From the NCBI RefSeq assembly GCF_004010195.1, contig NC_057753.1, forward strand, positions 3,915,866-3,979,865: 64,000 bases of DNA. The letters are read 5' to 3'. Below are positions 49,416 through 60,817 of this stretch, piece after piece (position 1 is the first letter of the stretch; every line of letters begins with the position of its first letter). The stretch is from Chiloscyllium plagiosum. Lineage: Eukaryota. Made by a program: the position numbers and the translations under genes. Below the pieces are notes generated by a model, which worked only from the letters and a program-made list of their open reading frames with translations, was not told the origin of the DNA and did no database searches.

Positions 49416-51790
49416 CTGATAAAAGCATCTACCTCGTATCTCTCTAAACCTTTCCTATTTGTACACCTATCCAGATGCCTTTTAAATGCTGTAATTGTAC
49501 CAGCCTCCACCACTTCCTCTTGTGGCTTGTTCCATACACGCACCACCCTCTGCGTGGAAAAACTTGCCCTTGGGTCTCTTTTAAATCTTTCTCCTCTCGC
49601 CAAAAACATATTCCCTCCAGTTTTGGACTCCCCTACCCCAGGGAAAAGACCTTGGCTATTCAACCTATCCCTGCACTTCATGATTTTATGAACCTCGATG
49701 AAGTTACCCCTCAGCCTCCAACGCTCCAGGGAAAACAGCTCCTGCCTGCTCAGTCTCTCCATATAACTGCAACCCTACAACTCTGGCAAAAGCCTTGTAA
49801 ATATTTTCTAAACCCTTTTTAAGTTTCATAATATCTTTCCTGTAAAAGGGAGACTAAAATTGCATGCAGTATTCCAAAAGTGGCCTAATCAATGTCCTGT
49901 ACAGCTGCAATGTGACCCCACAACACCTATACTCAATGCAGTGACCAATAAAGGAAAACTTACCAAATGCCTTCTTCACCATCTTATCTACTCCATTTGC
50001 AAGGAGCTATGAACCTGCACTCCAAGATCTCTTTGTTCAAAAACATTCCCCAGGAGCTTACCATTAGGTGGTTAAGACCTGCTCTAATTTGCCTTTCCAA
50101 AATGCAGCACCTTGCATCTATCTAAATTCAACTCCATCTACACTCCTCAGCCCATTGGCGCATTTGATCAAGATCCCATTGTACTCTGAGGTAACCTTCT
50201 TCAATGTCCACTTCACCTCCAATTTTAGTGCCCTCTGAAACCTTACTAACCACCCCTCCTATATTCACATCCCAAATATTTATATAAATGATGAAAAGCA
50301 ATGGACCCAGCATTGATCCTTGTGACACACCAGTGGTCACAGGCCTCCAGTCTGAAAAGCAACCCTCCCCAACTACCACTCTCTGCCTCCCACCTTCATA
50401 CTAGTTCTGTATCCAAATAGCTAGTTCTCCCAGTATTCCATGAGATCTAACCTGCTAACCAGTCTACTGTGAGGAACCTTTTTGAATGCCTTACTGAAGT
50501 CCATATAGATCACATCTACCGCTCTGCCCTCATCAATTCTTTTTGTTACTTCTTCAAACAACTCAATCAAGATTTGAGACATGACTTCCCCCCCCACACA
50601 CAGCCATGTTGACTATCCCTAATCAGTCCTTGCCTTTCCAATTACACGTAAATGCTGTCCCTCAGGATTCCTTCCAATAACTTGCCCACCACCAACGTTA
50701 GTCTCACTAGTCTATAGTTCCTTGGCTTGTCCTTACCATCCTTCTTAAACAGTGGCACCACGTTTGCCAACCTCCAGTCTTCCGGCACCTCACCTGTGAC
50801 TATCGCTGATACAAATATCTCAGCAAGAGGCCCAGCAATCACTTCCCTAGCTTCCCACAGAGTTCTCGGGTACACCCGATCAGGTCCTGGGGACTTATCC
50901 AACGTTATGCATCTTCTCCTCAGTTATATGGACATTTTTCAAAATATTGCTATTTATTTCCCCATGTTCTCCATCTTCCATATCCCTCACCACAGGAAAC
51001 ACTGATGCAAAATACTCAGTTAGTATCTCTTCCATCTCCTGTGGTTCCACACATAGGCAGGCTTGCTGATCATTACTGTGACCCTATTCTCTCCCAGTTC
51101 ACCTTTTGTGGTTAATGTATTTGTAGAATCCCTTTGGATTCTCCTTAACTCTATTTGCCAAAGTTGTCTCATGTCCCCTTTTTTTGCACTCCTGATGTTT
51201 TCCTTAGGTGTACTTGCACTGCCTTTTACACGGTTCTAGGGATTCACTCGATCTCTGCTGTCTAAACAGTTGGTTCTGATGTAACGCGATCGTTCCATTC
51301 TCGTGCAATCTTGTATTATAAGATGATTGTTTAAATGGTTCTATTTAAACTAACGGAGCCAGAATCATGTTACAGACAAAACAGGGAAGGAAACTTTGCG
51401 TTCTCCAAACTACAGTCTAAATTCTTCATTGGCGTTAAAGCCAATTTGCGTTGAAGAAACATATGTTTTTGCAGAACCGACTGACCAAACCCTCAACTTC
51501 TCTAGTCATCCAGCATTCCGTACACCCACCAGCTCTTCCTTTCACTCTAACAGGAACGTAATGTCTCTGGACTCTCGTTATTTCATTTCTGAAGGCTTCC
51601 CATTTTCCAGCCGTCCCTTTACCTGCAAACATCTGTCCCTAGTCAGCTTTTGAAAGTTCTTGCCAAATACAATGAAATTGGCCTCCCTCCAACTTAGCAC
51701 TTTAACTTTTCGTTCCAGTCTAGCCTTTTTCCATCACTACTTTGAAACTAATAGGATTATGGTCACTGGCCCTCAAGTGCTCCCCCACTG
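49416..51790 (-). mobile_element. CR1 ORF2, long 5'-truncated copy
   Basis: DKSPGPD, WRLANVVPLFKK, GVSQGSMLGPLLF, VWNKPQEEVVEAG. Confidence 0.93.
51267..51483. mobile_element. MITE (Tc1/mariner-pogo/Tigger-like) nested in CR1
   Basis: Terminal inverted repeats CAGTTGGTTCTG / CAGAACCGACTG. Confidence 0.65.
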
Positions 51791-51799
51791 ACAGCTGCC

Positions 51800-52396
51800 T
51801 TAGAGTCATAGAGATGTACAGCACGGAAACAGACCCTTCAGTCCAACCCGTCCATGCTGACCAGATATCCCAACCCAATCTATTCCCACCTGCCAGCACC
51901 CGGCCCATATCCCTCCAAACCCTTTCTTATCATGTACCCATCCAAATGCCTTTTAAATGTTGCAATTGTACCAGCCTCCACCACTTCCTCTGGCAGCTCA
52001 TTCCATACACGTACAACCCTGTGAGTGAAAAAGTTGCCCCTTAGGTCTTTTTTATATCTTTCCCTTCTCACCTTAAACCTATGCCCTCTAGTTCTGAACC
52101 CCCTGACCCCAGGGAAAAGACTATGTCTATTTATCCTATCCGTGCCCCTCATAATTTTATAAACCTCTATAAGGTCACCCCTCAGCCTCCGACACTCCAG
52201 GGAAAACAGCCCCAGCCTATTCAGCCTCTCCCTGTAGCTCAAATCCTCCAACCCTGGCAACATCCTTCTAAATCTTTTCTGAACCCTTTCAAGTTTCACA
52301 ACATCTTTCTGATAGGAAGGATACCAGAATTGCACGCAATATTCCAACAGCGGCCTAACCAATGTCCTGTACAGCTGCAACATGACCTCCCAACTC
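51800..52396 (-). mobile_element. Young CR1 3' fragment
   Basis: Uninterrupted WEVMLQLYRTLVRPLLEYC..GYGPGAGRWE. Confidence 0.95.
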
Positions 52397-52399
52397 AAA

Positions 52400-52790
52400 T
52401 CTATCATTTCTCGAGCCATTGTGGTAAATCTCGTCGGCCTGCTTTCAGGGACCCTGCCACCATTCACAAGCTGTAGCAATCTCTGGTTTGTAGAGACCCA
52501 GATACACGGTGTCCCTGTGTGTGGTGACATCTCACAGCAGCGATTTCCAAATGACATCACACGCACTGCTCCCGAGGGATTTCCTCAAACTGGGAGATTT
52601 ACCTTCGACTCCGGTCCTTCTAATACCCTTCCAGCAAGTTACAGCGGGAGGTTATGAAATTGAAACCGGTGAGATGGCTTCCCGGGTGAGTATTTTTGAG
52701 AACTTAGCTCGTGAAGCTTTTCCCCGGTTACCCGTTACCGGAGCGAGGTTCTGTGAATCTATGGCTGGTGACATACCTTTACCATGGGTC
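52400..52790 (+). promoter_or_regulatory. Candidate promoter / non-coding exon 1 of ZNF gene 4
   Basis: Non-repeat, CpG-retaining island between CR1s; TGACATCA; consensus donor CGG|GTGAGT at 52685/52686. Confidence 0.4.
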
Positions 52791-52899
52791 TGAATCCATA
52801 ACCCTCCATAACTGCACCCCCAAAGCCCCGATCATTTCTCTGCCATTGACGATTTAATTCCTCTCTCTCTAGCAATGTCTCTGTAGTCTAGTGTTTAAA

Positions 52900-55090
52900 G
52901 TCGTGTAGTCACACAGCACGGAAACAGACCCTTCGGTCCAACCAGTCCACGCTGGCCGTAATCCCGAACTAAACTCGTCCCACCTGTCTGCGCTTGGCCC
53001 ATAAACCTCCAAACCTTTCCTATTCACGTACTTATCTAAATGTCTTTTAAACATTCTAAGTGTTACCGCTTTCTCTGGAAGTTCATTCCACACACGAACC
53101 ACTGTGTGCAAAATAAAGAATTGCCACTCCCCCACCCCGTCTTTTTAAATCTTTCTCCTCTTGCTTTATGCCCTCTCGTCTTGAAATATCCCATATGAGG
53201 GAAAAGACTTCCGCCATCTACCTGATCTATACCCCTCGTTATTTTCTAAGCCTCTCTAAGATCACCTCTGAACCTCCGAGGCTGCAGTGAAAGACATCCC
53301 AGCCTCTTCTTATAACTGAAACCCTCCTTATAACTGAAACCATCCTGGTCAATCTATTCTGAACCCTCTCCAGCTTAATAATAGCCTTCCTATAATAGGG
53401 AGACCCAATACCCCAGAAGAGTGCTGGGGTAGCATGTTGGCTCAGTGGTTAGCACTGCTGCCTCACAGCACCAGCGACCTGGGTTTGATTCCAGCCTCAG
53501 GCGACTGTATCTGGGTGGAGTTTGCACATTCTCTCTGCGTCTGCGTGGGTTTCCTCCAAGTGCTCCGGTTTCCTCCCACAGTCCAAGGATGTGCAGGTTA
53601 GGGTGAATTGGCCATACTGTCCAGGGATGTGTAGGTTAGGTGCGTGAGTCAGGGTACTAAGGTAGGGGAATGGGTCTGGGTTGGTTACTCTTTGGAGGGT
53701 CGAAGGGCCTGTTTCCACACTGTAGGGATTCTATGATTAACTCATGAACATCCTGTACTCGGTGAGCAATGAAGTATGCTCAACGTCTTCTTAACCACTC
53801 TATTTATACATGATGCAAACTTCAAACAATTATGAATCTGAACCCCTAGATCTCTGTGTTCTACAATACTGCCGAAGGTGCTACTTATAATTACATAGTC
53901 TTGCCTCTGTTTTACCAAATGCAATACCTCGCAATTGTGTAGCTCGGTGGTTAGCACTGCTGCCTCACGGCGCCAGGGAGCCGGTTTCGATTCCAGTCTC
54001 GGCGAGACTGTGTGGAGTTTGCACATTCTCCCCGTGTCTGCGTGGGTTTCCTCCGGGTGCTCCGGTTTCCTCCCACAATCCAAAGGTGTGCAGGTCAGGG
54101 TGAATTAGCCACGCTAAATTGCCCACAGTGTTCAGGGATGTGCAGGCTAGGTGCCTTAATCAGGGGAAATGTAAATTAATTAGGTAGGGAAATGAGTCAG
54201 GGTGGGTTACTCTTCTGAGGGTCAGTGTGGACTGGTTGGGCCGAAGTATTCTAGGATTCGAAACTCCATCTGCCACTCTTCAGCCCGTTGACCTCTTCCT
54301 AATCTTAAATAACCTTCCTCACTGTCCAGTCTACTTCCAATCTTGGTGTTATCCACGAAACATGCTTTCTACTTTCTCATCTAAATCATTTATATAAATG
54401 ACAAATAAAAGTGGACCCAGCTCTGATCTCTGTGGGATCCTGCTGATCATAGGCCTCCAGTCCAAAAACACAACCCTCCATCACCTCTCCTGCCGTTTGG
54501 CCAATTTTGTATCCAATTAGCAAGCTCCCCCTGAATCCCATGTGACCTAACTTTACTGATTGGTCTACCACGTGGAACCATGTGTAAGCTTTCCTGAAGT
54601 CCAAGTAAACAGTGCTGTCATTGAGTCTTTTGAGAAAGTAACCAAAAAGATTAATCAAGTTTGTGAACCACTATTTCCCTCGCACAAAACAATGCCGAAT
54701 ATCCCTAATTGTTCCTTATCTCCAAATGCATATAAATCCGATCTTTCAGAATCATTTTCAACAACTTACCCACTGCTAATGTCAGACTCACACGTCGACA
54801 GTTCCCAGGCTTCTCTTTACACTGAGTCATTGAGACGTCCAGCATGGAAACAGACCCTTCGGTCCAACCCGTCCATGCCGACCAGATATCCCAACCCAAT
54901 CTAGTCCCACCTGCCAGCACCTGGCCCATATCCGTCCATAGCCTCTGACTCTCCAAGGAAACCCGCCCCAGCCTATTCAGCCTCTCCCTGCATCTCAAAC
55001 CCTCTAATCCTGGCAACATCCTTGTAAATCTTTTCTGAACTCTTTCAAATTTCACAACATCTTTGATAGAAAGGAGACCAGAATTGCACA
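52900..55090 (-). mobile_element. Stack of CR1 fragments with two nested + strand HE1-type SINEs (53428-53737, 53940-54245)
   Basis: VRVWNELP, VYLDFRKA, KRFTRMLPGLEGL; SINE heads and cores. Confidence 0.85.
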
Positions 55091-55189
55091 ATTTCACTGT
55101 TACTTCTGCCTACAGTGTTTAAATGAGACTGTGTGCAGCTGTACTACCAGCTACGCACAGGTCGAAGGATTTTGTGTAATCTCAGGACG

Positions 55190-55500
55190 AGAGAGACGTT
55201 GTTATGTGGTGGACAGCCTGGAATCTGTTAGGATGGAGATAACAAAGAAATGGATGAGAGTTTTCGCAGCCAGTGAGCTGAGACTAGGGTGGATTTGGGT
55301 GGTTTTACTGAGGTGGAAGTCGGTGGTCTTGGTGACAATGGGGATATGTGGTGGGAAATATTTCACTCGAGTTGTGAACAGCCTGTTCAGTTCCACACCA
55401 TTACCAGAGAGGGGGCTGGAGTCAGTGGGGGGGGAGTTAAGACAGTGCCTTCAGTCTTCATAAACACTTAAACAGAGAAAGTTTCTGCTCATCCGTTACT
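55190..55500 (-). mobile_element. Decayed L2-like fragment
   Basis: SLSSLAAKTLIHFFVISILTDS. Confidence 0.6.
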
Positions 55501-55556
55501 GGGTGTCAAACAAGTCGGGATAGTGTGTGACTGAAAGGTGATAGTGTTCACATACG

Positions 55557-56128
55557 TATATGTAAGTTAGCTCGCTGAGCTGGAAGGTTTGTTTTCAGAC
55601 GTTTCGTCACCATGACTAGGTAAGGTCATCAGGGAGAGTCTCTGGTGAAGCACTGGTGGTATGTCCTGCCTCTCTGTTTATAGGTCTTGGTTTCTCAAGG
55701 TGGGTGTTGTCATTTCCAGTTCTTTTTCTCAGGGGGAGGTAGATAGGGTCTGTATCGATGTGTTTATTGATGGAGTTTTGGTTAGAATGCCAGGCCTCTA
55801 AGAATTCTTGTTTGGCCTGTCCTAGGATATGTGTGTTGTCCCAGTCAAAGTGGTGTCCTCCTTTGTCTGTATGTATAGAAACTAGTGACAGTGTGTCGAC
55901 TTTTGGTGTTCATGTATCCCTGGTGGCAAGTGTCCTGCTAGTTTTTTTTTACAGTTCCTCTATGGTATCTTGTAAATGACATTAGTTTTGCTGGTAGTAT
56001 CTAACGGAACCTTTCGGTTCATTAGTCACTGTTTAAGTGTGTTGGTAGGTGTGTGGGCTACCACATACACCTGGTACCCTGGACCTCTAGGTAATGGAGG
56101 TTTGGTAGTGGTTTCAGAGATGCTGTTA
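55557..56128 (-). mobile_element. Penelope-like element 3' part: GIY-YIG endonuclease remnant and terminal hammerhead
   Basis: Minus strand: ISETT..VAHTPTNTLKQ, TNVIYKIP, IHEH, HHFDWDNTHILGQAKQ, EFLEAWHSNQNSINKHIDTDPIY. Confidence 0.85.
55598..55632 (-). ncRNA. Minimal hammerhead ribozyme motif (PLE family B)
   Basis: CUGAUGA-CCUUACC-UAGUCAU-GGUGAC-GAAACGUC. Confidence 0.6.
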
Positions 56129-56623
56129 AAGTTCTGATCGGGTTAAAGTCCTATACCTCTCCTTTACCACGTGCCTCTCTCTTCCTGCTTTTTCTCCCAT
56201 AGAGGCCAGAGTCTCAGGTAGGTGTGGATTGGATGCAGATGTTGTGCTAAAGTTGTTGATAATACAAAATCCCTCGCTCTGTCTCTCCCAAATTACTTTG
56301 GCTTCCTCCACCACCACCACCTGAAAAGCAGTCTGAATTTCCTGTAGGACCAGAGCTGGTGGCAACTGAAGGGAACCAGCTGGATTCTTGTGACAGTGTG
56401 GCAGCTTTCATGGTGACTTTCTCCCAGTGCTCCTCCCCCACAAAATTACTAGCTTCATTTGCTCAATTTCCCAACTTTGTTTTGTGTGCCTTCTCTGATA
56501 TTTCTTTTCCCCCCTGTTTTAAACCGTTTTCACAGGATATTAGAGGCTTCGGATTTGCAGTCAGAAAACTCAAACCGATGTGGTGATCGAGTCACCCAAT
56601 TCGGCGTAACTGGCATTTCGAAC

Positions 56624-57283
56624 ATGGAAGGAAACGGCGCCATTTCCGACGTAGAGAAACCGCACACGTGTTCCGTGTGTGGGAAAAGCTTTGCTGATTC
56701 GTCTTACCTGTCAGCACACCAGCGCGTTCACACTGGGGAGAAACCATTCAACTGCCCCCAGTGTGGAAAGGGATTCACTTGGTCCTCCAGCCTGCTGAGG
56801 CATCTGCGAATCCATAGCGGAGTGAAGCCGTTCACCTGCTCGGAGTGTGGGAGAGGGTTCGCTCAGTCATCCCACCTGCTGACCCACCAGCGAGTGCACA
56901 CCGGAGAGAGACCGTTCATCTGCTCAGTGTGTGGGAAGGGGTTCGCTCAGTCAACCCACCTGCTGATACACGAGCGGGTGCACACCGGAGAGAGACCGTT
57001 CATCTGTTCGGAGTGCGGAAAAGGATTCACGCATTCTTCCAAGCTGCTGGAACACCAGCGAATCCACACCGGGGAGAAACCATTCACCTGCTCTGGCTGT
57101 GGGAAGGGATTCACTCAGTCGACCCACTTGCTGATACACCAGCGCGTTCACACCGGGGAGAGACCGTTCACTTGCTCCGTGTGTGGGAAGGGATTCACTC
57201 GGACGTCCAAACTGTTAATACACCAGCGGGTTCACAAAGAACCACAGTTGAACGACTTTGCACTTCCTCAGACCAAGACATGA
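56624..57283 (+). CDS. Tandem C2H2 zinc-finger protein, 7 fingers (ZNF gene 4)
   Basis: Seven intact fingers; aacATGG start; candidate acceptor ttttcacag ending at 56535. Confidence 0.92.
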   Translation: MEGNGAISDVEKPHTCSVCGKSFADSSYLSAHQRVHTGEKPFNCPQCGKGFTWSSSLLRHLRIHSGVKPFTCSECGRGFAQSSHLLTHQRVHTGERPFICSVCGKGFAQSTHLLIHERVHTGERPFICSECGKGFTHSSKLLEHQRIHTGEKPFTCSGCGKGFTQSTHLLIHQRVHTGERPFTCSVCGKGFTRTSKLLIHQRVHKEPQLNDFALPQTKT

Positions 57284-57822
57284 ACCGTGGCCGTTGGGTG
57301 ATTTGGCCCGACTCTGCTGTATCAGAGGTGCTGGTGCTGCGGTGGGAATGTTGAGAACAAGTAGGTATTTCTCGGTTAGCTTTTGGAAATGATGCCAACT
57401 CGCTGTACCTCAACGCATTAACACTGGACGCAGACTGTCCACCTACGCGGTTTGGGAATTGGGATTTTCTGGTTCATCAGGACTGGGTAAACACCAATGT
57501 AACTGCAGGGGTCAGAGTTTGCTATCGACATTCAAATCCAAGCCCCTGCTTCCTGGGGTCTGTATTCTGATGATGTTTGGAAACACCACCAAGTTCGGTC
57601 GTCTGTTTGGACCAAAATAAGGTAAATCAGTTTCTGGTTCGAACTGTGGTGCATCAAGCCGTTATCGTGACCTCGAAGGCAGACGAGTTTCTTCAGAAGG
57701 GCTCTCTGTCTCCCACTGTGTTCTCCATCCTCACCTCCAAAATTTCTTTGTCACTGAAAATGAGACGATCAGTATGCTTCACACAAGCAGTTGGGCGAAG
57801 CTGCGTCCAGAGGGAGGTAGGG

Positions 57823-57848
57823 TGTGTGTGTGTGTGTGTGTGTGTGTG
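57823..57848. repeat. (GT)n microsatellite
   Basis: About 13 GT units. Confidence 0.95.
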
Positions 57849-58662
57849 GAAGTTCAGTGCTTTGAATTCTGTGCACAGGGGAAGAGAGATTTTATTTTGT
57901 TGTTTTTTTTTTCTTGAATACGGTTCGTGGGTCATTTCTCAGCATTGCGATTTGTAAGGGTGGTACTGCTCAGATTCAACCGAGCAGAGAGGAAGGATTC
58001 CTAGATTACCAGCTGCACTTTTAGGGAGCTGATAACTGGGAAAATGAAGAAAAGCAGGCCAGCACAGGAAAGGGGCGAATTGATTCGTTTCTGGTATTTC
58101 TTATGGAAGAAGATATTAAATGAGCAACACAGTAATAAGTGAAAAAGTCAAGGCTAATCTAATAAAGGAATATAAGCAAGCAAAGTACAGGAATGAAATT
58201 GTAGATAGCATAACTTAACAGTGTTCATACATAAGCAGAACGATTATAGTTACTGGAAGAAATCAGACCTCGCACACATGATATGCTTCTCCTGTGCTAG
58301 GCGGCAAATCAGTTGTCCCTGTTGACCCCATGTGCAGAAGTGGTGGCTAGTTGCTGATTTCAGAGCTGCAGCTGCAGAGAACTTCCTGTGGATAGCACGC
58401 CCACTGTGGTGGTCACATCATAGGTGAAAATTGAACAGGCCAGGGCACGGATGATCGCCAGGCGGTAAGGAAGGAAGGGAGGGAGGGAGTGCGTTGTGAC
58501 CTCCTAAGGAGATACTGTTTTGCACACTGTTCAGGAAGATCACTACAGGGAAGAGCGGGCGTAGCCAGTTTCATGGTGCCATGCATGGGTCTGCTGTCTA
58601 AGAGGAGGGGAAACAGTGGTAGCATTATAGGGATTCATAGGGTCATACAGGACAGAAACTAA

Positions 58663-58947
58663 GGGCGGGCATGGTGGCTCAGTAGTTAACACTGGTGCCT
58701 CACAACACCAGGGACCCAGGTTCGATTCCAGCCTCAGGGGGGGGACTGTCTGTGTGGAGTTTGTACATTTCCCCCCGTGTCTACGTGGGTTTCCTCCGGG
58801 TGCTCCGATTTGTTTTAAATTGCCCACGGTGTTGGTGCATTAGTCAGAGGGAAATGGGTCTGGGTGGGTTACTGTTCGGGGGGGTCAGTGGGGACGTGTT
58901 GGGCCGAAGGGCCTGTTTCCACTCTGTAGGGGAATCTAATCTAATCA
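58663..58947 (+). mobile_element. HE1/V-SINE-type SINE
   Basis: Head, core and tail. Confidence 0.88.
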
Positions 58948-59750
58948 AACCCTTCAGTCCGACTCATCCATGTCAAGCAGGTTTCCCAAACTAAACTCGT
59001 CCCATTTTCCCCGCACTTAGCCCATATCCCCCTCAGCTTTTCCTATTCACATACCTGTCCACATGTCTTTTAAATGTTGTAACAGCACCCGCATCTACCA
59101 CTTTCTCCCTGGCAATTCATTCCATACACGTAGCACCCTCTGTGTGAAAATGTTACCTCTCTGCTCCCTTTTAAATCTTTCCCTTCTCACCTTAAACCAA
59201 TACCCTCTGGTTTTCAACTCTCCTACCCTAGGGATTACTATCTTTACTATTCATCTTACCTATGCCTCTCATGACGTTATAAATGTCTGTAAGGTCACCC
59301 CTCAGCCTCTTACACTCCAGGGGAAAATGCCCCAGTCTATCCGGCCTCTCCTTATAACTCACGCCCTCCTGGTGACATCCTTGTAAATCTTTTCTGCACC
59401 CTTTCCAATTTAGTAGCATCCTCCCTGTAGCAGGGTGACTGGAACTGGAAGCAGTACTCCAAAAGTGGCCTGTCAGATGTCCCGTACAGCTGCAGCGTGA
59501 CATCCCAACTCCTCTGCTCAGTGCTCTGACCAATAAAGGCAAACGTGCCAAAAGTCTAGTTCGTCCTCCTGTCCACCTGTGAGATCAGTTCAAGGAACTA
59601 TATGTACCTGAACTCAGAGATTTTGCTGTTCAACAACACTCCCCAGGGTGCTAGCATATAACTGTGTAAGTCCTGGCCTGGTTTGCCTTGCCAAAATGCA
59701 AAACCTCACATTTATCTACATTAAATGGCATCTGCCACTGTTTGGCCCAC
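58948..59750 (-). mobile_element. CR1 3' fragment
   Basis: RLRGDLTDIYNVMRG. Confidence 0.88.
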
Positions 59751-59752
59751 AG

Positions 59753-59970
59753 TGGGGTGGATGGTATAGTGGCATTACCGCTGCACTGTTTATCCAGAGA
59801 CCTAGGTAATGTGCTGGGGGCCTGCGTTTGAATCCTGTCACAGCCTGGTAGAATCTGAATTTTTTAAAAAGATCTGCAATCCAGAGTCGAAGAACCCATT
59901 GTCCATTATTGGGAAAACCAGTCTGATCCAGTCATGCCCTTTTGGGATGGAAACAGCCACCCTGTCTAAA
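59753..59970 (+). mobile_element. Deu-SINE-like element, partial
   Basis: Reverse-complement similarity to 31160-31330. Confidence 0.6.
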
Positions 59971-60430
59971 TACTCTTCCCAGTTATTAGCAGGTCATCCA
60001 AAGACATGGTGACCTGGGGCATCAATTGTAGCATGTTTCGTGAAGGACAGCTTGCAAGTCCTCTGTGTGAGGGACTTATCCAGTTGCAAGAATTGATTTC
60101 CCATTTGTTTAAAGTTCCCACAAAGGCAAACTGACCCATTGGGCTTCACAAATGGTACCATCGGTGCTGCCCATTTCTCAAACTCTCCTAATTTGATGAT
60201 TCCTTCGCTTTCCAGCCGCCTGATTTCTGCCTCTTCTTTTGCCCCAAAGGCCAATAGCACTGGGAGGGCCTTGCTAAATGGTGGAATTACTTCCTGGTCA
60301 ATGTGCATGGTGGCCTTGGCTCCTCTGATAGTCCCTAAACCTTCCTGAAAAACTTCGGCGGTATTTAATTCGGACTTGCCTCAGGCAGCCATTTTCTCAC
60401 TGAAAAATGTTGAGCCAATCAAAGTGAATC

Positions 60431-60817
60431 GGAGGCTGAGGGGTGACCTTATAGAGGTTTACAAAATTATGAGGGGTATGGGTAGGGTAAATAGGCGAGG
60501 TCTTTTCCCTGGGATGGGGGAGTCCAGTACTAGAGGGTATAGGTTTAGGGTGAGAGGGGAAAGATATAAAAGAGACCTAAGGGGCAACATTTTCACACAG
60601 AGGGTGGTACGGGTATTGAATGAGCTGCCAGAGGAAGTGGTGGAGGCTGGTACAATTGCAACATTTAAGAGCCATTTGGATGGGTATATGAATAGGAAGG
60701 GTTTGGAGGGATATGGGCCGGGTGCTGGCAGGTGGGACTAGATTGAGTTGGGATATCTGGTCACATGGACGGGTTGGACCGAAGGGTATGTTTCCGTGCT
60801 GTACATCTCTATGACTC
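60431..60817 (+). mobile_element. CR1 3' fragment nested in Gypsy
   Basis: RLRGDLIEVYK; TSD TGAATC. Confidence 0.93.

Noticed and set aside
48638..49762. ORFs of 182-283 aa
   Set aside because: They run through the N gap; the real parts are CR1.
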